64,000 nucleotides of DNA, taken from Candidatus Chisholmbacteria bacterium RIFCSPHIGHO2_01_FULL_52_32 (GTDB lineage: Bacteria > Patescibacteriota > Microgenomatia > UBA1400 > Chisholmbacteraceae). The stretch spans positions 64,040-128,039 of the forward strand of contig MHCJ01000006.1 of assembly GCA_001816585.1 (NCBI GenBank). Reading direction: 5' to 3'. The notes below the pieces were generated by a model. The model did no database searches, was not told the DNA's origin, and saw nothing but the letters and a program-made list of their open reading frames with translations. Positions 38,842-48,254 of this stretch are shown here, one piece after another (position 1 is the stretch's first letter; every line of letters starts with the position of its first letter). A program made the position numbers and the translations under genes.

Positions 38842-39117
38842 TTTTACTCACCTCCCCTTTAACTAAAAACCTCTCTGTAAAGAGAGGTGAATAGAACCTT
38901 TTCCGACAGAGATCGGACTAATCCTTCCCTTTACAGGGTTGGGTTTAGCACCGTAGCTCTTATGAGATCGGTTGCCGGATGGATCATCGAGCCAACTCTC
39001 TCCCCATCGCTCTTGATTGGCTATTGAATCTTGTACCTAAAAAAATGATACAAGTCAATATGGTTTTTTGAATATAATTCTTGCTCCCCGGGCAGGATCT
39101 CCCTGATCCAAAAAACA

Positions 39118-39146
39118 GGAGCCGCCTTGGGCTCCTTTTCTTCGCT
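39118..39146 (+). terminator. rho-independent terminator on + strand (terminates a short unannotated transcript)
   Basis: GGAGCC-gccttg-GGCTCC followed by TTTTCTTCG. Confidence 0.5.
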
Positions 39147-39243
39147 GCTCCCCCTGATTGACATGTTCAGGAACAGGAAAATTGAGATAGCTGGCTCAAT
39201 CCTCAGCTCACCGCCTGCCTGCCGGCAGGCAGGATTTAGACCC

Positions 39244-39732
39244 TTAACTCACCGCTTTCTTCACGAGCGCTGCGATCTTCGCCTCTTCGGCAGCAGTCAA
39301 CTTCTTTAGCGCGAAGGAGGTCGGCCATATGGCGCCTTCGTCGAGGTTCGCCGTATCATTAAAGCCGAACGTCGCGTACCTCGATTTGAACTTACTTGCG
39401 CTTTGGAAGAAGCAAACGACCTTGCCGTCCTTGTTGGCATAGGCGGGCATCCCGTACCAGGTTTTCGGTGAGAGGGCTGGCGCGTTGGCTTTGATGATGG
39501 CATGGAGCCGCTTGGCCATAGTGCGGTCCGGTTCCGGCATCGCGGCGATCACCGCCAGCACATCACGTTCCCCGTCCGCTTTCCTCTTGTTCGAGCGCGA
39601 TTCGGCCATCAGCTCCTCTGCGCGAGCCTTCATTGCGGCTCGTTCCTCGTCCGTGAATCCCTTGAACTTCTTGTTGATCGCGGTGGTGTTCCTAGCCGCC
39701 TTCTTCGCGGATTTCTTGGTGGTACTTATCAC
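39244..39732 (-). CDS. DUF1801 domain protein (YdhG-like)
   Basis: Overall resemblance to DUF1801 family (KTWYGMPAY...FGFN); Lys-rich tail. Confidence 0.45.
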   Translation of the reverse strand: MISTTKKSAKKAARNTTAINKKFKGFTDEERAAMKARAEELMAESRSNKRKADGERDVLAVIAAMPEPDRTMAKRLHAIIKANAPALSPKTWYGMPAYANKDGKVVCFFQSASKFKSRYATFGFNDTANLDEGAIWPTSFALKKLTAAEEAKIAALVKKAVS

Positions 39733-39905
39733 AACCTATTTACCTCCTTTAATTTTTATTTTATACCATCCCAAACCGCCATTATCGTGGGAATTGGTCA
39801 CCGAGGCCATCCTCATTGGACCCGCAAAAAAGCGAGTGCAGACCTGACGATTACGGAGGTTTCCTTATGATAAATATTCATATCATCTTGGGATCGGCGC
39901 GACCA

Positions 39906-41339
39906 TTACAACTCTTCGACGTTGTGGGATTTGCTTTCCCGAAATCCGGCATCCGTGATGCGGATAAACCGGGCATTTTTCCACAGCTCCTTAATCGTGC
40001 GGGCATTGCAGTAGCTCATGCCAGACTTAAGCGCGCCGCTGAGCTGATAAATGACGTCGGCAACCTTGCCTTTGTAGGGGATTAGCGCCTCGATTCCTTC
40101 GGCCACGATGGAATTAAGCCGGTCTTCCGTGGTTTGCTTGAATTTCAACTTGCGGTCGGCTGTGGCCAAAAACGAAGCGGATCCGCGGTGGATTTTGTAT
40201 TTCATGCCCTTGCGCAGGATGATACCTCCGGGGCTTTCATCCGTTCCGGCAAACCACCCGGCCAGCATAATCGCTGAAGCTCCACCAGCCAAAGCCTTGG
40301 TGATATCGCCTGGATAATTCGTTCCGCCGTCGGCGATAATTGGTACCCCGGACTTCTTGGCCCGGGCGCTGGCGCGCATGATGGCCGTCAGTTGCGGGAC
40401 ACCGACACCGGCGACAATGCGAGTGGTGCACAAACCACCAGGTCCGATACCCACTTTCACCGCGTCGACTCCCGCGGCAATTAGGTCAGCGACACCCTCG
40501 GGGGTGGCGACGTTGCCGCCGATAATCTCCGTGTCTTTGTAGAGTTTACGGATGGTTTTTATGGCACGCAGCGACACGTCGTTGTGTCCGTGGGCCACAT
40601 CCACCATGACAACGTCAGCGCCTGCAGTCAGAAGCGCCTTGGTTCTGTCCAAATAATCATCCACCACTCCGACCGCCGCACCGACCCGGTACCGTCCGTA
40701 GGCATCTTTGGTGGAATGCGGAAACTTTTCAAAGTTTTTCACGGACCGGGCGGTAATCAGTCCGACCAGCATGCCATGGCGGTCCACCAGCGGCAATTTC
40801 TCGATTTTCTGGGACGCAAAAATTTTCTTGGCTTCTTGAATCGTAGTTTTTCTGTTTCCGACGATGAGCCGCTTTCGCGGGGTCATGAGTTTGGCAACCG
40901 GCGTGTTGGGGGACGGCGCAAACTGGTAATCGCGCCGGCTGATGATGCCGACGACACGCCCGGCTTTAGCGGTTACCACAAAACAATCGATGCCGGTTTG
41001 GGTTTTTTGTTGCAGGATTTGCTCAATTGTGTCGTCGGGTCTAATGGTGTAGGGAGCGCTCAGCACGAATCCGACATTGCGTTTGACTTTGGCAACTTCC
41101 CGAACCTGTTCGTCGATGGTCATGAACCGGTGGATAATGCCGATACCCCCTTCTGTCGCCAGGGCAATGGCCATGGCCGATTCTGTAACCGTATCCATGT
41201 TGGCAGACAGAAACGGCAGGGACATTTCGATGGTGCGCGTCAGGTGGGTTTTGAGGGAGATTTCGTGCCGGTGGTCGATAAACGAGCGCTGCGGAATGAG
41301 CAACACATCATCGTAGGTAAAACCTTCATCAAATTTCAT
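39906..41339 (-). CDS. guaB: inosine-5'-monophosphate dehydrogenase
   Basis: [19 protein letters not shown] start, catalytic loop [14 protein letters not shown] pair insert; listed ORF has spurious N-terminal extension. Confidence 0.9.
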   Translation of the reverse strand: MKFDEGFTYDDVLLIPQRSFIDHRHEISLKTHLTRTIEMSLPFLSANMDTVTESAMAIALATEGGIGIIHRFMTIDEQVREVAKVKRNVGFVLSAPYTIRPDDTIEQILQQKTQTGIDCFVVTAKAGRVVGIISRRDYQFAPSPNTPVAKLMTPRKRLIVGNRKTTIQEAKKIFASQKIEKLPLVDRHGMLVGLITARSVKNFEKFPHSTKDAYGRYRVGAAVGVVDDYLDRTKALLTAGADVVMVDVAHGHNDVSLRAIKTIRKLYKDTEIIGGNVATPEGVADLIAAGVDAVKVGIGPGGLCTTRIVAGVGVPQLTAIMRASARAKKSGVPIIADGGTNYPGDITKALAGGASAIMLAGWFAGTDESPGGIILRKGMKYKIHRGSASFLATADRKLKFKQTTEDRLNSIVAEGIEALIPYKGKVADVIYQLSGALKSGMSYCNARTIKELWKNARFIRITDAGFRESKSHNVEEL

Positions 41340-42649
41340 AAATCTGTTTGCGCTGCAGCAGGTACAGTAATAACTTGTGACCGTTTCGGTCCGACTGATA
41401 CGTATGCTACCGGTGTTTTGAGCGCCCGAGAAACATACCGGATATATCCCTTGGCTGTCGCCGGCAACTTCGCGTAGGCGGTGCAGGCGGAAATATCCTG
41501 CTGCCAACCGTCAAGTTGCGTATAGACCGGAGTACAGGTGCCGTACGTGTATGCGGACACCGGAATGTCACTGTAGCGCTTGCCATTTGTTTTATAGGCA
41601 ACACACACCTTAAGGGTGGAAAGTCCGCTTAAAACATCAAGTTTTGTCAACGCCAAAGCGGTGTATCCGGAAAGCCGGGTGGACGTTCTAAGTGCCGGCA
41701 GATCCAGCCAACCGCAGCGCCGTGGCCGTTTGGATACGGTGCCGAATTCGCCGCCTTTAGTGCGCATCGCCGCACCGGTCGCATCGGTCAGTTCGGTCGG
41801 GAACGGTCCGTTACCGACACGGGTTGTATACGCCTTGACCACCCCCAGCGTCGATACCGGTCGGGGTGAGATGCCGACATAGGGGAAGATCGAGCCTGAG
41901 ATGGTGTGGATGGCGACCGTATACGGGTAAGTGCCGAACACCGGATCCAAAAGGGTCCCGTGGGCGCCCTCAAACAGCACGCGTTTTGTTTTTGCCTGCA
42001 GGGCGTTTTCGATAAGCGTGGAAGTGTCTTCCAAATACTGCTTGAGCTGTTTACCGTAATGAAGATACTTGCGGGAAATTGATGCAATATCAAATGATTC
42101 TTTCTGGCCGAAAACCTGCCGGATCCGCCTGAGCTGCAACCCTAGGTTGCGGCGCAGTTTCTCCCGAAATACCGCTGGATAAAGTAGGTCATCCATCCGT
42201 ATCCCGAAGCGGTTATTTTTGTCCTCATAGCAGTAGCCGATCCCCAAGTGTAAACTGCCGGTAGCGCTTTTTCCTTTCCACAGTTCGGTGGCCCGGTCCA
42301 GCGCTTTGTGGTAGGGCATCACCACGTGGACGCGGGGATCAAGCGAAAGCTTAAGCGGCAGACCGCGGGCTTTGATAAGCGCAATCTCTTCAAGTAACAC
42401 CTGTGGGTCAACTACACATCCTTGGGCAATAACCACGTGCTTTTTTTGCACTACGCCCGAAGGTAATAGCGAAAGTTTGAAGATGTCCCGGCCTACCGTT
42501 ACGGTGTGACCGGCATTGTTACCGCCGTTAAACCGCACGACCAAATCCGCATCTTGGGCCAAAACGTCAACCAGTTTGCCTTTTCCTTCATCTCCCCATT
42601 GGGCGCCGATAACAACGAGCGGAAAGTGGACCTTAGGCATACGTCTCAA
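41336..42649 (-). CDS. purA: adenylosuccinate synthetase
   Basis: GAQWGDEGKGK P-loop, GNNAGHTV; ATGA overlap with guaB. Confidence 0.9.
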   Translation of the reverse strand: MRRMPKVHFPLVVIGAQWGDEGKGKLVDVLAQDADLVVRFNGGNNAGHTVTVGRDIFKLSLLPSGVVQKKHVVIAQGCVVDPQVLLEEIALIKARGLPLKLSLDPRVHVVMPYHKALDRATELWKGKSATGSLHLGIGYCYEDKNNRFGIRMDDLLYPAVFREKLRRNLGLQLRRIRQVFGQKESFDIASISRKYLHYGKQLKQYLEDTSTLIENALQAKTKRVLFEGAHGTLLDPVFGTYPYTVAIHTISGSIFPYVGISPRPVSTLGVVKAYTTRVGNGPFPTELTDATGAAMRTKGGEFGTVSKRPRRCGWLDLPALRTSTRLSGYTALALTKLDVLSGLSTLKVCVAYKTNGKRYSDIPVSAYTYGTCTPVYTQLDGWQQDISACTAYAKLPATAKGYIRYVSRALKTPVAYVSVGPKRSQVITVPAAAQTDL

Positions 42650-44102
42650 CCAGCCGGTCAGCCAGACCGGTATAACCAGTGGGAGTTAGAGCCAACAATA
42701 CCTTCTTGTCTTGAGTGGCAAGCGGCAGGGTTTTGATAAATGCGGCGATCTCCTGGCGGCTGTGGACAAAGCCGCGGAAAAACAATTTCGTGCGCTCGAA
42801 GGCATCGCCGCGGCCTTTGGCCCGCAAATAATTTTGGATGGCCTCGGAGAGAATTTCGTAGTGGTCGTCGAGCGCTTGTGCCATAAATTCCGGATGGGGA
42901 CGAATTCGGTGCAAACTTTCCAAAACGCTTTGGTAGGAAAGCAGGCTGTAGGCAAAGGCGGTACCGAAAGACCGGCGTATCGTACTGTCGGAAAGGTCCC
43001 GCTGCAGACGGGAGTAGGAGAGTTTCCGGATATACATTTCCAAAAGTCCATTGGCAATCTCAAACCCGCCCTCCGCCCCTTCCAAGTAAATCGGATTAAT
43101 TTTATGCGGGAGAGCAGTTGAGCCCACTTCCGCAGGGATGCGCTTTTGGCTGAGGAATCCCAACAGGGCATAGAGCCACAAATCCTTACACAGCCCTAAA
43201 AGCAGCAGGTTGATTTGTAGCATGGTTTGGAAGATGTCGGTAAGCGAGTCATATGAGGCGATTTGGGTAGAAATCGGCTCTGGGTTTACTTCCAGCTGTT
43301 CCAGGAAGGTTTCGGAGAACCGCAACCAATCTACCTTGGGGAAGACCACGGCGTGGGCATTAAAATTACCGACATTCCCCGAACATTTGCCCGCTGCCCG
43401 AAACTGCGAGAGTTGCCTGATGCGCTTCTCCAGCCGGTAGATATAGACACCCAGCTCTTTTCCGTAAGTCGTGCCGTTGGCCGGCTGTCCGTGGGTATAG
43501 GCAAGCATGGGCAACTGTTTGTATTCGCGCGCCTGCTTTTTTAATTCCGCCAGATTTTCCCACAGTATGGGTAAGATAATGTCCTTGAGCGCGCGATTGA
43601 TGCAGCGGGCATAGGCACAGGAATTGATGTCATCGGACGTCAGTCCGAAATGAACCATGCTCGCGATATCCCGCAGCGTAGTTTTACTAAGGCGCTCCTG
43701 CAGGTAGAGTTCAACCGCTTTAACGTCATGGTTGGTCTGCTGTTCAATCTCCCGAAGCCTCAGATAGTCTTTGGTGGTAAGTAAAAAGAGGGATTTGAGA
43801 TGCGTCTGTTCTTTGGTGGTAACCGGGCGAATCACTCGATAACGCGACAGCCAAAGCAGATACTGGATTTCGACAAATACCCGCTCTCGGTTAATCGCGC
43901 GTTCCGAGAAATAGTCGGAGAGAGTGCTAATCTTAAAATAATTTCGTCCGTCAATCGGGGTGATATGCAGGTCGATGGGGATTGCACCTAGCGTACTCAC
44001 GTAGCCCAGGGTAACACAAGGAATACCTGCAAGTAAAGAGATTCTTCCGCAGTCTCCGACATCAGATGCTCTTGGGGAATACAAACTTACTGGGCTCAAC
44101 AC
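42633..44102 (-). CDS. purB: adenylosuccinate lyase (fumarate lyase family)
   Basis: Signature GSTALPHKINPI; N-terminal PIDGRNY; overlaps purA start. Confidence 0.85.
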   Translation of the reverse strand: MLSPVSLYSPRASDVGDCGRISLLAGIPCVTLGYVSTLGAIPIDLHITPIDGRNYFKISTLSDYFSERAINRERVFVEIQYLLWLSRYRVIRPVTTKEQTHLKSLFLLTTKDYLRLREIEQQTNHDVKAVELYLQERLSKTTLRDIASMVHFGLTSDDINSCAYARCINRALKDIILPILWENLAELKKQAREYKQLPMLAYTHGQPANGTTYGKELGVYIYRLEKRIRQLSQFRAAGKCSGNVGNFNAHAVVFPKVDWLRFSETFLEQLEVNPEPISTQIASYDSLTDIFQTMLQINLLLLGLCKDLWLYALLGFLSQKRIPAEVGSTALPHKINPIYLEGAEGGFEIANGLLEMYIRKLSYSRLQRDLSDSTIRRSFGTAFAYSLLSYQSVLESLHRIRPHPEFMAQALDDHYEILSEAIQNYLRAKGRGDAFERTKLFFRGFVHSRQEIAAFIKTLPLATQDKKVLLALTPTGYTGLADRLVETYA

Positions 44103-44224
44103 CCCGCCACTTACACTGTATCATATCTTCAATCGGGAAACGCTTGCCAAGCTTAAAATCCAGCTCGAAATTGCCAGAAGGTTAACCAACAACCAACCAG
44201 CATATCAGGAGGTTCATATATCCA

Positions 44225-44419
44225 ATGGAAGATTTTGCCAACTACCTGTACCGGAGTAGAACCAGAAAAGGGCGTTATGTAAGCCAACAAACCCTCTCCA
44301 AGCTGTCCGGCTACAGCCAGACTTATATATCTTTGATCGAAACACGGAAGGCGAGACCGTCAAAGAGGTGTATGAGGGTAATTTTAAGCGTTTTAGATGC
44401 TAATCTAAGATTTTCTTGA
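44225..44419 (+). CDS. XRE-family helix-turn-helix protein
   Basis: QQTLSKLSGYSQTYISLIE HTH; sits at GC-content transition. Confidence 0.5.
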   Translation: MEDFANYLYRSRTRKGRYVSQQTLSKLSGYSQTYISLIETRKARPSKRCMRVILSVLDANLRFS

Positions 44420-45085
44420 AACAAACCCGATTATTGCATTATCTATTAGTTTAGGCACCGTTGTATTCCAAAGAACGCCATCAACATCCTTTAAAGTTAG
44501 CTTAAGTTGCTGGGTAATCTTGTAAAGCTCCCTCATTAAAATTGAAAACGATTTGAATTCTTTTATCTCTTCATTATGATAATTGAAGTAACCGTAAAAA
44601 AAGTTCATTGTGTATCGCCTATCCATCGGGGGAAATAGCTTTGGTAACAAAAAATGGAGTGTTTTTGATACTCCAACAATTTTTGACTTTGACTTCATAA
44701 TTTTTAAACCCAAGAACAGTTGTCTTGTTATCTCCAAAACCTGTTCTAGCTCAATCTCGGTCAATCGCTGAAGTTCTTTACTGCTTAATTGAGTAACAAT
44801 TCCACTATTCTTCCGGATGGATTCCGCAAAATCATTAAAGTCAGCCAATCTTGCCCCCCGCATGTTCATATTCCACGAAACCAAAGTAACATAACATAGC
44901 TCTATAAAATCTCTGTCACCAGTTAGCTTTACTGTCTGAAAATCTACTTGCTTTTGACGTTCGAAGATCTTCCGGTAGAGATAGATTGACGGGGTTAAGG
45001 ATCGAAAGTTTTTATTGCATATAGACACATATTTGAAAAATTGTTCTCTTGATTCTGTTAATTTGTCTATATTTTCTGTTTTCAT
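44405..45085 (-). CDS. hypothetical protein (226 aa), last gene of nuclease triad
   Basis: ORF abutting Cas4-like nuclease gene (no gap). Confidence 0.5.
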   Translation of the reverse strand: MKTENIDKLTESREQFFKYVSICNKNFRSLTPSIYLYRKIFERQKQVDFQTVKLTGDRDFIELCYVTLVSWNMNMRGARLADFNDFAESIRKNSGIVTQLSSKELQRLTEIELEQVLEITRQLFLGLKIMKSKSKIVGVSKTLHFLLPKLFPPMDRRYTMNFFYGYFNYHNEEIKEFKSFSILMRELYKITQQLKLTLKDVDGVLWNTTVPKLIDNAIIGFVSRKS

Positions 45086-45754
45086 TTAATCTCCAAACGC
45101 TTTAGAGCCCCAGTTGCAAAACTCACAAGCAAAATCGCTATGGCGCTTGGGTTCTGGGCCTTTTAGACACTCTACGGCATCCTTGAATAACTTTTCTGCT
45201 CTAGTTATATCTGTTTCCAGCTTTTTAGGCTCGACTTCAAAGTCCACTCGGCCGTTTTCTGCTACTTGTCTGGGGAAATAATAGACCAGATAAGCAAAAC
45301 TGGCTGTTTTATAACCGTTTTTCATCAACAAATAGCAATAGATATCCAACTGGTGCTGGTAATAACTGCTGGTATCTTCTTTTAACTCATAACCCCGGGT
45401 TTTGTAATCCAAGGGGATATAAACGCCATCATCAACCAAGCAGTCATCCAAAACACCTTTAAGAACAGCGTCAAGCTCTTTGTCCTCATATGTCAGCCCT
45501 TCCCAGTTACTCTGCCATGATTTTAAGAGTTTCTCATCGTCAAACAGCTTACCAATTACTTTTCCTTCAATTTCTGGCGGTAACTTACCCTGTCTGCGGT
45601 ACTTGTCATAGTATTTTTTGATAACCCCATCCATGCCTCCCGGTAGAGATGGAAAAATTCCTCTTGGCCTGTGAATATTTTTGTTAAACTGCAACCAAAA
45701 GCACCTCGGGCACTCCATGTATAGGCTAATTGTTGAGGGTGAGAGTTTTATCAT
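45086..45754 (-). CDS. Cas4/RecB-like PD-(D/E)xK nuclease with cysteine cluster
   Basis: N-terminal YMECPRCFW, core IPLDYKTRG (D...DxK), QxxxY (QHQLDIY), C-terminal CEFCNW. Confidence 0.7.
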   Translation of the reverse strand: MIKLSPSTISLYMECPRCFWLQFNKNIHRPRGIFPSLPGGMDGVIKKYYDKYRRQGKLPPEIEGKVIGKLFDDEKLLKSWQSNWEGLTYEDKELDAVLKGVLDDCLVDDGVYIPLDYKTRGYELKEDTSSYYQHQLDIYCYLLMKNGYKTASFAYLVYYFPRQVAENGRVDFEVEPKKLETDITRAEKLFKDAVECLKGPEPKRHSDFACEFCNWGSKAFGD

Positions 45755-48237
45755 AAACTAACCCGCTTTCTGATAATTTCTTTAACCACTTCCAAATCCT
45801 CATTATTGATAAGATGAAATCTTACCTGATCGTGACGTTTCTTTGGCATGACTGACTCAGGCTTAGACAATTTATCTTTCAGCAACTCTAGTTCTTCAGG
45901 GTTAGTATATTGAAGCTCGGCAAAAATCCACTGCTCAGCAGAATAATAGTAAAGTACCAGATTTTTGGATATCTTTATCGCTCTTGAGGATCCAGCCCAC
46001 CTCTCAAACGACACATCCCGATCCTTAAAATCTTTTTCCACCCATTCTGGGATTGAAGTAACTGCTTGTTTGACAAACTCGCTTTTGACCCGCTTAATCG
46101 TCTGCTCGTCTGGTTCAATCTTTCTTCCCAAGGCTACTTTGCTTTCTTCCGGCTCTTCTTTATCGATATTTTTAACTACTCTGAGTATTTGCGAAAACCA
46201 CTCAACCGCTGCTTCAGCCTCCTTCTGTAATACAAAATTGATTTCCTTGACATGCTTAACTGCATTTCTGAAGTCCTTTAAAGTGATAAACCTTTTCTCT
46301 GTTTCATAGGTTGATCCGAAGTATTGCTCGAAAAACTGCCAATTCTTTAAGATTGTATTTGAATAATCCATCACATCACACTGGCAGAGTTTCTCATAAG
46401 AGGATAATTGATCCTCTTTGATATATGGATTTTTCCTTACATACTCGGCAATCTTGGTTTTAGCTTTAACTTTAATATCTTGTGGAATAACCTTATCCCA
46501 GTAATCGGGGCCGACTTTATCCCTTAAAACGTTATCGATGAGCAAGCGAAGCCGAAGTTCAATATCATCAAGGGCGCTATTGGCATTAACCCCTAAAATC
46601 TGGATGATTTTTGATCCCGTCAATCTCTCAAATTCACCTTTAATTTTTATTACCCTTTCTTTGATAAATGCCTGGTAGTCATCATTTTTGATAACTTCAG
46701 AATAAGTTATCAAGTGTGATTGTAAAGTATTATCAAAGTCAGAGTTTTCCTTATCAAACTTTGAAAAATAGTCGCTTGGGCTTTTATCTAGAATTTCTTT
46801 GTTAAGCTCTGCCGGGATAAAACAGAAGTTAGCGATAAGATTCTCTCCACTCTGACCGTGTTTTGAAAGATGGTTTTTAGGGAAGATGTGGTGTTTTTCC
46901 GGATGGTTAAACTCTGAACAGAAGTTATAATCCATAGAAATCGGTTCGTTTGTTCTGAAATGTTTCGGTGTTCGAAGCGCTAACATGCAGAAAAAAGCAT
47001 TACGCAGGGCTGATTTGGTACTGATGGTAGTATTAGCGATTTTCTCTTCATCGGCCGTAATCTGGAAATTTATCTTTGGCTCTTTATCTGAAAGCAATTT
47101 GTCAAAAATTTCTCTTCTGTCCTCACCCATTTTACTTTCCATAGCCGCTGTGTACCGTTCGCTTAGGGAGGCCTTCCAAAACCACTCGTGGACCTTCTCG
47201 GTAACCTCTTTGTCCAGTGAGTGTCGGGGTGATTTGTAATATAGATAGGCAAGTAAGGAAATAAATGAGGGGTATGGCACAAAGTCAAAGATTTTTACTC
47301 CTAAACTGCCTGTTAAGTGGTCAATTGCCTGCTCAATTGCTGAAGCGATCCCATCCCAATTGTTTTTAATCTCCTCCTTTCTTAGCTGCAGTTGGTAAAT
47401 CTTGTTGCAATAGCCTTTAAGGATTAAAGAGGCAGTATGAGTGACTACTTCCGGCGGGATCTCACCAAAGTTTTTCTTGCTGATTCTTCCGCTTAATTCC
47501 TCATATTTCTCTTTCAAGTCAAAATCTTCTCCCCAAGTGCTAGCCACGATCAGGTCAAATAGCGACAGCTTCTTACCTCCCTGATTGATCCTTTCAAATA
47601 TCTCACAAGCCTCGTTTAAAGTGGCGTTAGATACGGTAACCACGCTTAGGGGGTAGGTAGTAAACCGTCGATAACAATCGTTGAAGACTTTTCGTCTTTC
47701 CGGTGGCAACTTGTCATAAAGAGATAAGTGATCTTCTCCGATTATTTTATACAAAGGCAAGTATCGGTCGCTTTCTTTTTTGACCTCAAAAACAGAGATA
47801 TTTCCGTTTTCATCAGGAGTTTTTTTGTAGTAATCCAGATCTAGACAGATAACCGAACAGTCAATTGCTTTAACCTTGTTGTTGTGTTTAATCTCAACCT
47901 TCAATCCCTTCCAGGCAGCATATAACGAACAAATCCTTTGCTGGCCGTCAAGGATAAACTTCAACTTCTCATCCGACCTTGGCTTTTTAGGCATAATGCC
48001 AAGCTCCGGCAAGTCCCGATAGAAAAGATTGTGCTTACCAGTTGTTTCCCAGAGGAAAAAACTTCCAATAGGATACTCTTTAAAGATACTGTCAAGCAAA
48101 GCCACAATCTTACTTCGTTCCCAGACAAAATCTCTTTGAAATCTGGGCACCCGTAAAGAGCCTTCGGTTAAAGCGTCAAGCAAAGTGATGATCTGTTTGC
48201 TTCCTTCTGATTCTATTCTTGGTGCTGATATTGACAT
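45751..48237 (-). CDS. GmrSD-family type IV restriction-like nuclease (DUF262 ParB-like + DUF1524 His-Me finger) with C-terminal HEPN-like extension
   Basis: DUF262 motifs VPRFQRDFVW, ILDGQQRICSLY; DUF1524-like NHPEKHHIFPKNHL...ENLIANFCFIPAELN; C-terminal FRNAVKH (Rx4H). Confidence 0.8.
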   Translation of the reverse strand: MSISAPRIESEGSKQIITLLDALTEGSLRVPRFQRDFVWERSKIVALLDSIFKEYPIGSFFLWETTGKHNLFYRDLPELGIMPKKPRSDEKLKFILDGQQRICSLYAAWKGLKVEIKHNNKVKAIDCSVICLDLDYYKKTPDENGNISVFEVKKESDRYLPLYKIIGEDHLSLYDKLPPERRKVFNDCYRRFTTYPLSVVTVSNATLNEACEIFERINQGGKKLSLFDLIVASTWGEDFDLKEKYEELSGRISKKNFGEIPPEVVTHTASLILKGYCNKIYQLQLRKEEIKNNWDGIASAIEQAIDHLTGSLGVKIFDFVPYPSFISLLAYLYYKSPRHSLDKEVTEKVHEWFWKASLSERYTAAMESKMGEDRREIFDKLLSDKEPKINFQITADEEKIANTTISTKSALRNAFFCMLALRTPKHFRTNEPISMDYNFCSEFNHPEKHHIFPKNHLSKHGQSGENLIANFCFIPAELNKEILDKSPSDYFSKFDKENSDFDNTLQSHLITYSEVIKNDDYQAFIKERVIKIKGEFERLTGSKIIQILGVNANSALDDIELRLRLLIDNVLRDKVGPDYWDKVIPQDIKVKAKTKIAEYVRKNPYIKEDQLSSYEKLCQCDVMDYSNTILKNWQFFEQYFGSTYETEKRFITLKDFRNAVKHVKEINFVLQKEAEAAVEWFSQILRVVKNIDKEEPEESKVALGRKIEPDEQTIKRVKSEFVKQAVTSIPEWVEKDFKDRDVSFERWAGSSRAIKISKNLVLYYYSAEQWIFAELQYTNPEELELLKDKLSKPESVMPKKRHDQVRFHLINNEDLEVVKEIIRKRVSL

Positions 48238-48254
48238 ATTTTTATACTCAATAT

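Noticed and set aside
39211-39232. Perfect palindrome CCTGCCTGCCGGCAGGCAGG considered as terminator of the DUF1801 gene
   Set aside because: No U-run on the minus strand after the stem; only a weak ATTT on the plus strand; kept as palindrome/possible binding site.
40584-41477. 297-aa plus-strand ORF
   Set aside because: Lies entirely antisense within guaB (strong IMPDH homology on the minus strand); shadow ORF in GC-rich DNA.
41339-41507. N-terminal 56-aa extension of the listed guaB ORF
   Set aside because: IMPDH proteins begin at [14 protein letters not shown]; the internal ATG at 41339 forms an ATGA overlap with the purA stop, so the extension is read-through of the upstream gene's 3' end in another frame context.
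42633-44102. Possible alternative (shorter) start for purB
   Set aside because: Orthologue alignment begins around ...TPIDGRNY; the listed first Met adds ~30 residues and may be spurious, but no better start codon could be fixed without alignment.
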